DNA of 64,000 bases from a phage, in assembly GCA_033648345.1 (NCBI GenBank), contig GCA_033648345.1_4121.1; one strand, 5' to 3'. A program made the position numbers and the translations under genes. Below, piece by piece: positions 56,985-64,000 of this stretch; position 1 is the stretch's first letter; each line of letters opens with the position of its first letter. The notes beneath the pieces are model-generated. The model was not told where the DNA came from, searched no databases, and was given only the letters and a program-made list of their open reading frames with translations.

Positions 56985-57431
56985 ATGTCTAATGCACAAT
57001 ACAAAGAAGGTTCTGCCGCGTTTAAAAACAAAGTAGTTTTTAACAATGAACAGCTAAAATCACAGCACCCATTATTCCGTCAAGGATATCGTGCTGCACA
57101 AGCTGAAGCTATGAAGAAAAATAACGTAACCTTCCCAACAACTCTGTATGATATTCCCAAACGTCCTTCAGTGTTTAAAGCAGAATGGACTGACATTATG
57201 GCAGCAACTAAACGTCCTCGTTTTGCTAAACTTCACACTGATGAAGGTCGCTGGATGTTGATGGGTATTATGAAAGCAGTTGAGAAACAGGCACATACTA
57301 TTGTTCGTTACAAAGACGTTGTAGCTATGGTTGATAAAGCATTTGATCTTATTCTCCAGTACGGTTATGATGAAGGTGTACTAACTGTTTCCGATTGTGA
57401 GCAGTACCAGTACACTCCATTCCAGAAATAA
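56985..57431 (+). CDS. Hypothetical protein
   Basis: Track ORF 56931..57431; in-frame ATG at 56985 after RBS GAGGGGAAAG. Confidence 0.5.
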   Translation: MSNAQYKEGSAAFKNKVVFNNEQLKSQHPLFRQGYRAAQAEAMKKNNVTFPTTLYDIPKRPSVFKAEWTDIMAATKRPRFAKLHTDEGRWMLMGIMKAVEKQAHTIVRYKDVVAMVDKAFDLILQYGYDEGVLTVSDCEQYQYTPFQK

Positions 57432-57438
57432 TTACTTA

Positions 57439-57467
57439 GGGAATCTTTCATGATTCCCATTTTATTT
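57439..57467 (+). terminator. Rho-independent terminator
   Basis: GGGAATC-TTTCAT-GATTCCC perfect 7 bp hairpin followed by ATTTTATTT. Confidence 0.7.
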
Positions 57468-57550
57468 GCTGCATATCAAAAATTATTGATCAAAAATTGA
57501 TCCATACAAGGTAAATACCCAAGGTGTAATTGTTAATAGGGTAGGTGGAT

Positions 57551-58069
57551 ATGCAGCAATATAAATTATCTGAAGATCAAAGTGATTTATTTTTCAATCA
57601 CATGTTTTTAATTGATGAATTTGCCGAAAGTTTAAATTCAGAGGCAATAGCTATAGTTAAAAAGTGGTATTCTTGCTATAACAAGAACAAAAAATGGTAT
57701 TGGTTGAATAGAAATTTAAAATCATTTCTAGGAACAATAACTAGTACTGATAGTATTGAACTAATATATAGTTCCATTGGCTATAGTTACTTAACCAAGC
57801 ATAATAATACGTCAATAGAGTCTGGCTTTAAAATCAAGCGTCTAATGAAATTGACGGGATTGAGTGCAGAAACTATACAAAACGATACAGAAAAGTTATG
57901 GAAGATTATAGAATTCATGAATAAAAATATGTCATTTATATATAGAAACTATGATATATTCACTGATGTACGACAATTTTATAAGAGTCCATATTCACTT
58001 AATGAGAAATATTTCCGACACATGGAATTATGCTCAACTATGGTTGATGAATGGAATTTAGAGGATTAA
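57551..58069 (+). CDS. Hypothetical protein
   Basis: Track ORF 57545 (GTG); ATG at 57551 after AGGGTAGG. Confidence 0.5.
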   Translation: MQQYKLSEDQSDLFFNHMFLIDEFAESLNSEAIAIVKKWYSCYNKNKKWYWLNRNLKSFLGTITSTDSIELIYSSIGYSYLTKHNNTSIESGFKIKRLMKLTGLSAETIQNDTEKLWKIIEFMNKNMSFIYRNYDIFTDVRQFYKSPYSLNEKYFRHMELCSTMVDEWNLED

Positions 58070-58070
58070 T

Positions 58071-58598
58071 ATGAAATACACTGCTCTTAGCCCAACTGAT
58101 ACTAAAGTATGGTTGAGTAATTTGAACAAAACTATTATTTTAACCAAAAAAGTGATATCAACAGCTAATTCATTAGATGTAAATATCAAGAAGAATGTTC
58201 TTAAATATCATCACCGAAGTAAACTTAGTACTTGGTACTCCAATATTTTTTACGGCTTATATGGGATGGATGATATTTTAATTGGTACATCATCTGGGTC
58301 ATGCTTCAGTGCTGGTGGTATGTGCTTTATGGATTTGGGTTTTTCATTATCCGATGAAGAAATCGAGTTTAAACAATTCCGTGACAAGTTACTGGGTTCG
58401 GGTGATATCAAGTTCTGTACAGAATTAATGGGAGCATGGGACGTTTATGCAGCGAAACCATTTGACATTGAAGAATCAGATGTGCTAAACTACCTTCGTG
58501 TTCTTAAAATACATTCGAACTGTAAAACCAAATTACAATCCCTAGGAGTATATGATGAAACACTTGACGTGGTTGAAGATAGCCGAAGTCGTGGCTGA
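58071..58598 (+). CDS. Hypothetical protein
   Basis: 175 aa track ORF. Confidence 0.5.
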   Translation: MKYTALSPTDTKVWLSNLNKTIILTKKVISTANSLDVNIKKNVLKYHHRSKLSTWYSNIFYGLYGMDDILIGTSSGSCFSAGGMCFMDLGFSLSDEEIEFKQFRDKLLGSGDIKFCTELMGAWDVYAAKPFDIEESDVLNYLRVLKIHSNCKTKLQSLGVYDETLDVVEDSRSRG

Positions 58599-59028
58599 AG
58601 AGAGTAAATGCATTTCACAGAAAGTTGGTTGTGTTATTGTTAAAAATAACCGAGTATTGAGTACTGGTTATAATGGCACTCCATCTAAACAACCTAACTG
58701 CTGTGACGCTAATAAGCACTTAGTTAATGGTGGACGTTTCCAAGACTGGGTTAGCGATGACGCAAAGCATGAACACCATGAATGGAGTAATATCCATGAA
58801 ATCCATGCTGAAATGAATGCATTGTTATACAGTTCACCTACCGAACGTCAGGGAGCAACACTTTACACAACGCTGCAACCATGCTATACTTGTTCTAAGT
58901 TGATCGCGGGAAGTGGTATTGCTCGCGTGATTTATCACAAAAGTTATCCTCGCACTCCACCAGAAGCTATTAAAGTACTGGAAGATGCTGGGATTATTGT
59001 AAATTGCATTTATGATAAGGGGTTGTGA
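58552..59028 (+). CDS. cd: dCMP deaminase
   Basis: 158 aa; zinc-binding cytidine/deoxycytidylate deaminase signature HAEMNA and PCYTC; N-terminus aligns with T4 Cd from memory (xESKCxSxKVGxVIxKNxRxxSTGYNGxP). Confidence 0.85.
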   Translation: MMKHLTWLKIAEVVAEESKCISQKVGCVIVKNNRVLSTGYNGTPSKQPNCCDANKHLVNGGRFQDWVSDDAKHEHHEWSNIHEIHAEMNALLYSSPTERQGATLYTTLQPCYTCSKLIAGSGIARVIYHKSYPRTPPEAIKVLEDAGIIVNCIYDKGL

Positions 59029-59291
59029 CTTTGACTTTCTTGATTTTAGGTATTCCATTTGCAGTTGTGATTCTTGTACTCTTAGTGATGATGGTATTAA
59101 ATGATAATACTACTCCACCAGTGATGCGTAATCATGAAGTACGATTTTCAGCACAAAACAACAAGTACTACATTGTAAATTGTTTAACTTGTAAAGAGTA
59201 TAAAGTAACTGGTAAATTTGGTTTTACCATTTATTATAAAGACCGTGTTGAAGCTGACATGATTTGTCAGAAACTTAATACGGTAGAATAA
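59025..59291 (+). CDS. Small membrane protein
   Basis: 88 aa; GTG start; N-terminal helix LILGIPFAVVILVLLVMMVL. Confidence 0.5.
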   Translation: MTLTFLILGIPFAVVILVLLVMMVLNDNTTPPVMRNHEVRFSAQNNKYYIVNCLTCKEYKVTGKFGFTIYYKDRVEADMICQKLNTVE

Positions 59292-59320
59292 AAAAAGGAG
59301 CCATAAGGCTCCTTTTTCTT
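59292..59320 (+). terminator. Rho-independent terminator
   Basis: A-tract, AGGAGCC-ATAA-GGCTCCT hairpin, then TTTTTCTTTT. Confidence 0.75.
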
Positions 59321-59409
59321 TTGTTAGTACACAACTTGTTTGAATTTCAGGAAAACTCTTAGAACCAACAACGAGTTCAGTACTACCACGTTATTTGTTG
59401 ACAAAAGCA

Positions 59410-59437
59410 TAGACATTATACATTCGTGTGATATAAT
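59410..59437 (+). promoter_or_regulatory. Promoter TAGACA-N16-TGaTATAAT (extended -10)
   Basis: Same architecture as 55884; in 280 bp intergenic region; a second weaker TTGACT-N15-TATAAT lies at about 59506..59532. Confidence 0.5.
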
Positions 59438-59572
59438 CATTCAAAAGAAGGTACAAAGGCGGGGTGATTCTGTGAGGGAATTTGTGAAGTGATATAAAAA
59501 ACAATTTGACTTAAGTTAAATCTTCCTATAATATTATTTATGTAATCAACAATCAACTAAGAGGGTTAACCA

Positions 59573-60181
59573 GTGGTACGATTATGTAAAGAAATCATCC
59601 AATCTATTATTATTATTTTCTTAATTAACTTTCCTGCAAGTGCAGGTGTTGAAAGAAAAAGTATCATTAGATATGATGAATCTAAACAGACAGTTCAGTT
59701 CATTTCAACTTTAACTGAAAATACTGTAAACCGTTTGATGGTTTTTAGAGAAACACACCCATTTGACACTATCATCATTACGTCACCTGGTGGTGATTTT
59801 GATGCGGGAGTGGCACTAGGAAATTTTGTCAATGATAACAATTTAACAATTATTGTTGAAAGATATTGTAATTCTTCTTGCACTATCGCATTCTTTAGTG
59901 CTAATATAGAAAACAGATACATGATGAAGGACTCAATTCTAGGTCTACATAATGTGTCAATCGAAAGTAAAGCACGAAATAGTGATGACACATACATATC
60001 AGTTCGCCAAATGACTATTTTTGCTGAACAGCTATCAACTAAGGTTGGTGTTCTATTTGCGTTATATGCAGCGAATGGTATTCCTCCAGAATTGTTAGTG
60101 GAGGTTAGTAAGGTTCGTGGTAATGAAGTTGTGAGACTTACACCAGATCAGTTGCTCGAATTAGGTAGTATCATTCATTAG
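59573..60181 (+). CDS. Secreted ClpP/SppA-like serine peptidase (putative)
   Basis: 202 aa; GTG start after RBS AGAGGG; N-terminal signal-like hydrophobic segment; ITSPGGDFDAG resembles the ClpP/S49 xSPGG motif. Confidence 0.45.
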   Translation: MVRLCKEIIQSIIIIFLINFPASAGVERKSIIRYDESKQTVQFISTLTENTVNRLMVFRETHPFDTIIITSPGGDFDAGVALGNFVNDNNLTIIVERYCNSSCTIAFFSANIENRYMMKDSILGLHNVSIESKARNSDDTYISVRQMTIFAEQLSTKVGVLFALYAANGIPPELLVEVSKVRGNEVVRLTPDQLLELGSIIH

Positions 60182-60273
60182 TATTAGATACAAAATAATA
60201 ATATTATAATAAGAGGATGATAAAGTGGTACATCCTTTGTTATAAGTTCACATACACTAGGAGTGTATAAACT

Positions 60274-60534
60274 ATGACAAATTTACAAAACTTAACATCT
60301 CTTGTTTTTTATGCAACAACTATTGTATATTGCATTACATTAGTTTTAACATGTTTCATCTATAAAGACTACAAACGTGGTTTTATGGATTCCAGTACAC
60401 ACAAATTTGCATCCAAGTTCGAAGCAGGAATTTACTATGTTCTATCAATTTCTTATGGAGCATGTTTACTTACACTAGGGTTGCTGATATACTGGTTGTA
60501 TACGGCACTTTTTGCACAAGGAGTTATTTCATGA
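60274..60534 (+). CDS. Small membrane protein
   Basis: 86 aa; two hydrophobic segments; RBS AGGAGTG. Confidence 0.5.
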   Translation: MTNLQNLTSLVFYATTIVYCITLVLTCFIYKDYKRGFMDSSTHKFASKFEAGIYYVLSISYGACLLTLGLLIYWLYTALFAQGVIS

Positions 60535-61124
60535 CTTGTATTATCGCTCACACAAATGGCACATCTTCCTTCATCGCTGGTGATAAATTAGGAAGCAATG
60601 GTTTCACTAAAGCAGTTCAAACTGAGCCTAAAGTGTTTGAGAAAGAGTTCATTAAACTCAATGAGGATGGTCTTACTCGCACTAAAGAAGTAATGGCGTT
60701 AGGGTATACTACATCGTTCCGCATGGGTCAGTTGTTGAATTACAACCTAACTCTACCAGAACAAGTTGCAGGGGAAACCTTTTCACAGTATCTAGTACTG
60801 AAAGTTATTCCTATCATTCGTCAAATGTTTAAAGATGAATGGGGTGCTCGTGATGCATCACAAGACGTTGGTGGTGGTCAGTTCATTATTCTTCATAATC
60901 ATACGATTTATGAAGTTCAAGAAGACTTTTCAGTACTGCAACCTAAAACACAAATTACTGCTGTCGGAAGTGGGACTTATCATGCAATTGCATCCATGTC
61001 AGCGTATATTGAAGTTCAAGAAGAAACCAATGTTCAGTTACATGAACGTGTTGAGTCTATTTTCAAAATTGTCAGTGATAATGTAACAAGTGTTAGTCCA
61101 GAGTTTGATATTTTGAAATACTGA
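60531..61124 (+). CDS. HslV-like N-terminal nucleophile hydrolase (putative peptidase)
   Basis: Track ORF 60462..61124; ATG at 60531 gives ATGA overlap; N-terminus MTCIIAHTNG..FIAGD and internal AVGSGTYHAIASMSAY resemble HslV TTIVSVRRNG..IAGD and IGSGGPYAQAAARAL. Confidence 0.45.
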   Translation: MTCIIAHTNGTSSFIAGDKLGSNGFTKAVQTEPKVFEKEFIKLNEDGLTRTKEVMALGYTTSFRMGQLLNYNLTLPEQVAGETFSQYLVLKVIPIIRQMFKDEWGARDASQDVGGGQFIILHNHTIYEVQEDFSVLQPKTQITAVGSGTYHAIASMSAYIEVQEETNVQLHERVESIFKIVSDNVTSVSPEFDILKY

Positions 61125-61155
61125 GAATAATAATTATAAAGAGAGAGTATATCTG

Positions 61156-61347
61156 ATGGCATACATAGTTTACGAGTGGATTTTTTGTTTCATAGTTGTG
61201 TTTATTTGTGTGGTGTTATACAATCATACTAAATGTTTATACCGAGAATTCAGGAATGGTAATAAACATGGACACAATAAGTGGATGTATGTCTATCATA
61301 TTGCTATCATTGTATTTTTAGTATTAAACTTGATACTTTTTATATAA
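61156..61347 (+). CDS. Small membrane protein
   Basis: 63 aa; two hydrophobic helices. Confidence 0.5.
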   Translation: MAYIVYEWIFCFIVVFICVVLYNHTKCLYREFRNGNKHGHNKWMYVYHIAIIVFLVLNLILFI

Positions 61348-61356
61348 GGAGTAAAT

Positions 61357-62109
61357 GTGATATCAGATAAATTTATACAAAATGCTGGGAACAAAAGATT
61401 ACTTATAATTTCAGGGGCAGGTCTTTCAGTTGAGAGCGGGATGGAACCATTCCGCTTTGATGATGGGTTGTGGGACAATTTCAAAATTAATGATGTTTGT
61501 AACATTGCACGACTTAGTTCTAAGTATCATATAGTTCATTCATTTTATAATACATTGCGTGTAAAATTAGGTGAATGTCATCCTAATGAAATGCATTACT
61601 TTATTAAATCATTAGAAGATTTGTATGGTGATTGTTTTTTACACATGACTTCTAATATGGATGATCTATATACTAGAATTGGTGGAACCGAACTCAAACT
61701 ACACGGCAATTTATGTGAAGTAATTGAGAACTTTTCTATTAATACTGATGATTACAATGTCATTAATTGTGGTTATGAACCATATATCCCTAAAGCTGAT
61801 GTTTTTGCAAAACCAAATGTAGTGATGATTGGTGAGTATCATCGCTACGTTGATGGGGTACGTCTCCCCATTTATGAAGAACGAAATGAAGTGTTGAAAA
61901 GTCTCACAGAAAATGATACAGTTGTAGTTATTGGAAGTAGTGATACAGTACTGGTATGGTCCAGACTAGCTGGTGCACTTCCATGCTATAGTGTAAATGT
62001 TAACATCCGAAAAAATGATAATGATTTTCTTTTTAATGAGAAGGTCATCAAACCTGCGACGAAAGCAATTCCACAGGTTGAAACTATAATTAAGGAACGA
62101 ATGCGATGA
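61357..62109 (+). CDS. Sir2-family NAD-dependent protein deacylase / ADP-ribosyltransferase
   Basis: 250 aa; GTG start after AAGGAG; sirtuin signature ISGAGLSVESGMEPFR (consensus GAGISxxSGIPxFR), HG catalytic His context LHGNL, GSS motif VIGSSDTV. Confidence 0.7.
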   Translation: MISDKFIQNAGNKRLLIISGAGLSVESGMEPFRFDDGLWDNFKINDVCNIARLSSKYHIVHSFYNTLRVKLGECHPNEMHYFIKSLEDLYGDCFLHMTSNMDDLYTRIGGTELKLHGNLCEVIENFSINTDDYNVINCGYEPYIPKADVFAKPNVVMIGEYHRYVDGVRLPIYEERNEVLKSLTENDTVVVIGSSDTVLVWSRLAGALPCYSVNVNIRKNDNDFLFNEKVIKPATKAIPQVETIIKERMR

Positions 62110-62657
62110 GTAAAGCTGAAGTACCACTGGGACAACTGGGGAAACGTGCAAATTTTGTATTCTGTTTCTTTTATGCAAAAGAATGTACCCCATACTCTGG
62201 TTATGAACTAAATGATATTCCAGTGGTTAACTTAGTACTCCTACAAGTGCGTTGGGATGGATTGTTGGGTGCATGTGGTGGAACAGTTGAAAGTACTGAT
62301 AAGTCATTAGAAGATGCGTTACAACGTGAAGTACAAGAAGAAATGAACTATATCATTGACAAAAGTCGCCTGTCTCCATTAAAATCACTTGAATTGTTTC
62401 CAGAGGGTCACTCACATAGCTATAGTTATGAAATGACTTATGCTGAACTTAAAAAACTTCGTGATAATTATGCATATGGCAAACATGCTAGTGCAGAGGT
62501 GGCTGGTGTAAATTTATGTCACATCTCTCGTTATTCGAAGGGACAAAATCGAGAAGCAGGATATAATAATCTTATGACACAGAACTTCATCGGAACTGCG
62601 AAACAAGAATTAGAGTATCTTGTACAAAAAGAAAACTTACTAATCAGCTATCTATAG
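62106..62657 (+). CDS. Nudix hydrolase
   Basis: 183 aa; ATGA overlap with Sir2 gene; Nudix box GACGGTVESTDKSLEDALQREVQEEMN fits Gx5Ex7REUxEExGU. Confidence 0.7.
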   Translation: MSKAEVPLGQLGKRANFVFCFFYAKECTPYSGYELNDIPVVNLVLLQVRWDGLLGACGGTVESTDKSLEDALQREVQEEMNYIIDKSRLSPLKSLELFPEGHSHSYSYEMTYAELKKLRDNYAYGKHASAEVAGVNLCHISRYSKGQNREAGYNNLMTQNFIGTAKQELEYLVQKENLLISYL

Positions 62658-62666
62658 GAGTTTAAA

Positions 62667-62987
62667 ATGTCGTACTCAATGTTCTTGGATGATATTCGTG
62701 ATTATCAAAAATATTATCCTGACCAAGAGATGGTATTGTGTCGTGACTACGAAAGTGCATGTGAATACGTAATCAAAAATGGAATTCCAGCATTTGTCTC
62801 ATTTGACCATGACTTGGGTGACTTGAGTACAGATGAGAAAACTGGATACACTTTTGCCAAATTTCTAATTGATTATATGTTTGAGCATAATATTAAAGAA
62901 CCATTTAAATACTATGTACATAGTAGTAATCCAGTAGGGAAAGTTAATATTGAAACTTACTTAACTAATGGATTTAATGCACTATGA
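62667..62987 (+). CDS. Hypothetical protein
   Basis: 106 aa; conserved-looking SFDHDLGD and YVHSSNPVG segments; function not assignable. Confidence 0.5.
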   Translation: MSYSMFLDDIRDYQKYYPDQEMVLCRDYESACEYVIKNGIPAFVSFDHDLGDLSTDEKTGYTFAKFLIDYMFEHNIKEPFKYYVHSSNPVGKVNIETYLTNGFNAL

Positions 62988-63286
62988 TTTCAACACATAT
63001 CAAGAGTCTTATTTGCACAACGCTATTAGGTATAGGTGTTCTGTGGTTCAGTTCATATCATGAGAACACTAAACGTTATAATATTCATTACAATACAGCG
63101 ACTGTAACAGGATTAGGTCAATGTAATGAAAATAAATGCTCATTTACTTATAAAACCAGTACTGGTGAAGTTCGTAATGGGTTATCAAGAGATCCAGTAT
63201 CAATTGGTCAACTAGTTTACCAGGAATGCTGGGAGGAAAAGGCTCGTGGTTCAAGATGTTATGTTGAATACGAACCGAGCATGTAA
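62984..63286 (+). CDS. Membrane-anchored hypothetical protein
   Basis: 100 aa; N-terminal TM helix; four Cys in the soluble part. Confidence 0.5.
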   Translation: MISTHIKSLICTTLLGIGVLWFSSYHENTKRYNIHYNTATVTGLGQCNENKCSFTYKTSTGEVRNGLSRDPVSIGQLVYQECWEEKARGSRCYVEYEPSM

Positions 63287-63347
63287 TATTCCGAGTCACT
63301 AACCATTAGTCGAGTACAAGGATGTACTCATAACTCAAGGATGTTTT

Positions 63348-64000
63348 ATGAAAAAATATACAATTGACACAAACGTACTACTATCTGATCCAAATGCTAC
63401 CATTGCTTTTGATGGAGCAGCTATCATTCTACCGTTCACAGTACTTGAAGAATTGGATTCAATCAAAAGTCGTAATGTGGATGTTTCCCGTGATGCTCGT
63501 GTTGCAATCCGTAACATTGAAGCAATCCTTTCTGATGCATCACATGAAGAAATTAGTAGTACTGGTGTTAATATTGCTGATGTTCATACTAATATGAGTC
63601 CTGAAAGCAAATTGTTTGTTATTACAAGCGAAGAAGCTGAAGCACTAATTCGTACTGCTGGTAACGAAGAGAAAGTTCAAACTCTTCTAAAAAGCACAGT
63701 ACCAGATGATAAAATCATTTTAGTAGCATTAGCAACTGATTCAGTACTGGTTACCCGTGATATCAATATGCGTATCAAGGCTCTAAGCTACGGGGTGGAA
63801 GTTCAAGATTATCGTCATGATATCGTGATTGGTGATAGTGATTTGATTCACATTGGTCAACATCACCTCGACCTAGATTTTTGGGATGTGTATAGCAATC
63901 TAACTGATGTGTCTATCCAATCTGAACAAGTTGGTCGCCGTTTGTATCACTACATTCCAAAAAGCTTGATTGAACATATCATGCCACAAAATATTTGCAT
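63348..64000 (+). CDS. PIN-domain protein, probably PhoH2/YlaK-like (3' end beyond window)
   Basis: Read by hand (no stop inside window, so absent from track); RBS CAAGGATG; N-terminus YTIDTNVLLSDPNA...ILPFTVLEELDSIK matches the PIN domain found at the N-terminus of PhoH-like ATPases. Confidence 0.5.
   Translation, partial: MKKYTIDTNVLLSDPNATIAFDGAAIILPFTVLEELDSIKSRNVDVSRDARVAIRNIEAILSDASHEEISSTGVNIADVHTNMSPESKLFVITSEEAEALIRTAGNEEKVQTLLKSTVPDDKIILVALATDSVLVTRDINMRIKALSYGVEVQDYRHDIVIGDSDLIHIGQHHLDLDFWDVYSNLTDVSIQSEQVGRRLYHYIPKSLIEHIMPQNIC

Noticed and set aside
57470-57545. Promoter between the terminator at 57439 and the gene at 57551 (TTGATC ... GGTAAAT)
   Set aside because: Hexamers and spacing are too far from consensus to call.
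6177-60835. Nested + strand ORFs in alternative frames (6177..6401, 8032..8400, 14848..15093, 20758..21024, 21108..21329, 32666..32884, 38220..38429, 42882..43151, 46089..46343, 51731..51928, 54488..54679, 54902..55111, 60835..61086)
   Set aside because: Fully contained in longer, better-supported genes in another frame; no family motif or RBS.
4854-63517. All minus-strand ORFs in the track (for example 4854..5075, 6700..6933, 7708..7935, 40778..41098, 48012..48353, 48734..49063, 59695..59997)
   Set aside because: Each is short (60-113 aa) and lies inside a + strand gene that has paralog, motif or RBS support; none has its own start context. They are shadow ORFs on the antisense of real genes.
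63348-64000. Calling the final gene a complete PhoH ATPase
   Set aside because: Only the N-terminal PIN-like domain is inside the window; the Walker A motif expected further downstream is not visible, so the call is restricted to a PIN-domain protein that is probably PhoH2-like.

Overview
AT-rich (~1/3 GC) window that reads as part of a large lytic phage genome: every supported gene is on the + strand, tightly tiled with overlapping stop/start codons (ATGA, TAATG), and broken only by a few sigma70-like promoters with extended -10 boxes (TGnTATAAT) and rho-independent terminators. The first ~35 kb is dominated by two very large tandem arrays of small paralogous genes: family A (about 23 members, 70-96 aa, C-terminal [LF]LGT[ND]YQ motif, 28..4835) and family B (about 48 members, 100-210 aa, with an acidic-aromatic E-E-x-[FY]-F-Q-x-S-[LT]-[VI] motif, 4272..35223). 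Two smaller paralog families, C (38736..40875) and D (43440..51010), are interleaved with recognisable enzymes: phage Dam-type N6-adenine methyltransferase, an HxGH nucleotidyltransferase, T4-like RNA ligase 1 and polynucleotide kinase/phosphatase (tRNA-repair pair), a lambda-type Ser/Thr phosphatase, ATP-dependent DNA ligase, a second metallophosphoesterase, ClpP, a second signal-peptide-bearing ClpP/SppA-like protease, an HslV-like Ntn hydrolase, dCMP deaminase, a Sir2-Nudix gene pair, and a 3'-truncated PIN/PhoH-like gene. A ~680 bp GC-richer non-coding island (35224..35904) with several perfect hairpins is a candidate structured RNA. All functional calls rest on motif recognition by eye; no database search was run. 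Coordinates of CDSs follow the supplied ORF track (with in-frame start adjustments where stated); promoter, terminator and hairpin coordinates were read by hand and may be off by 1-2 nt.
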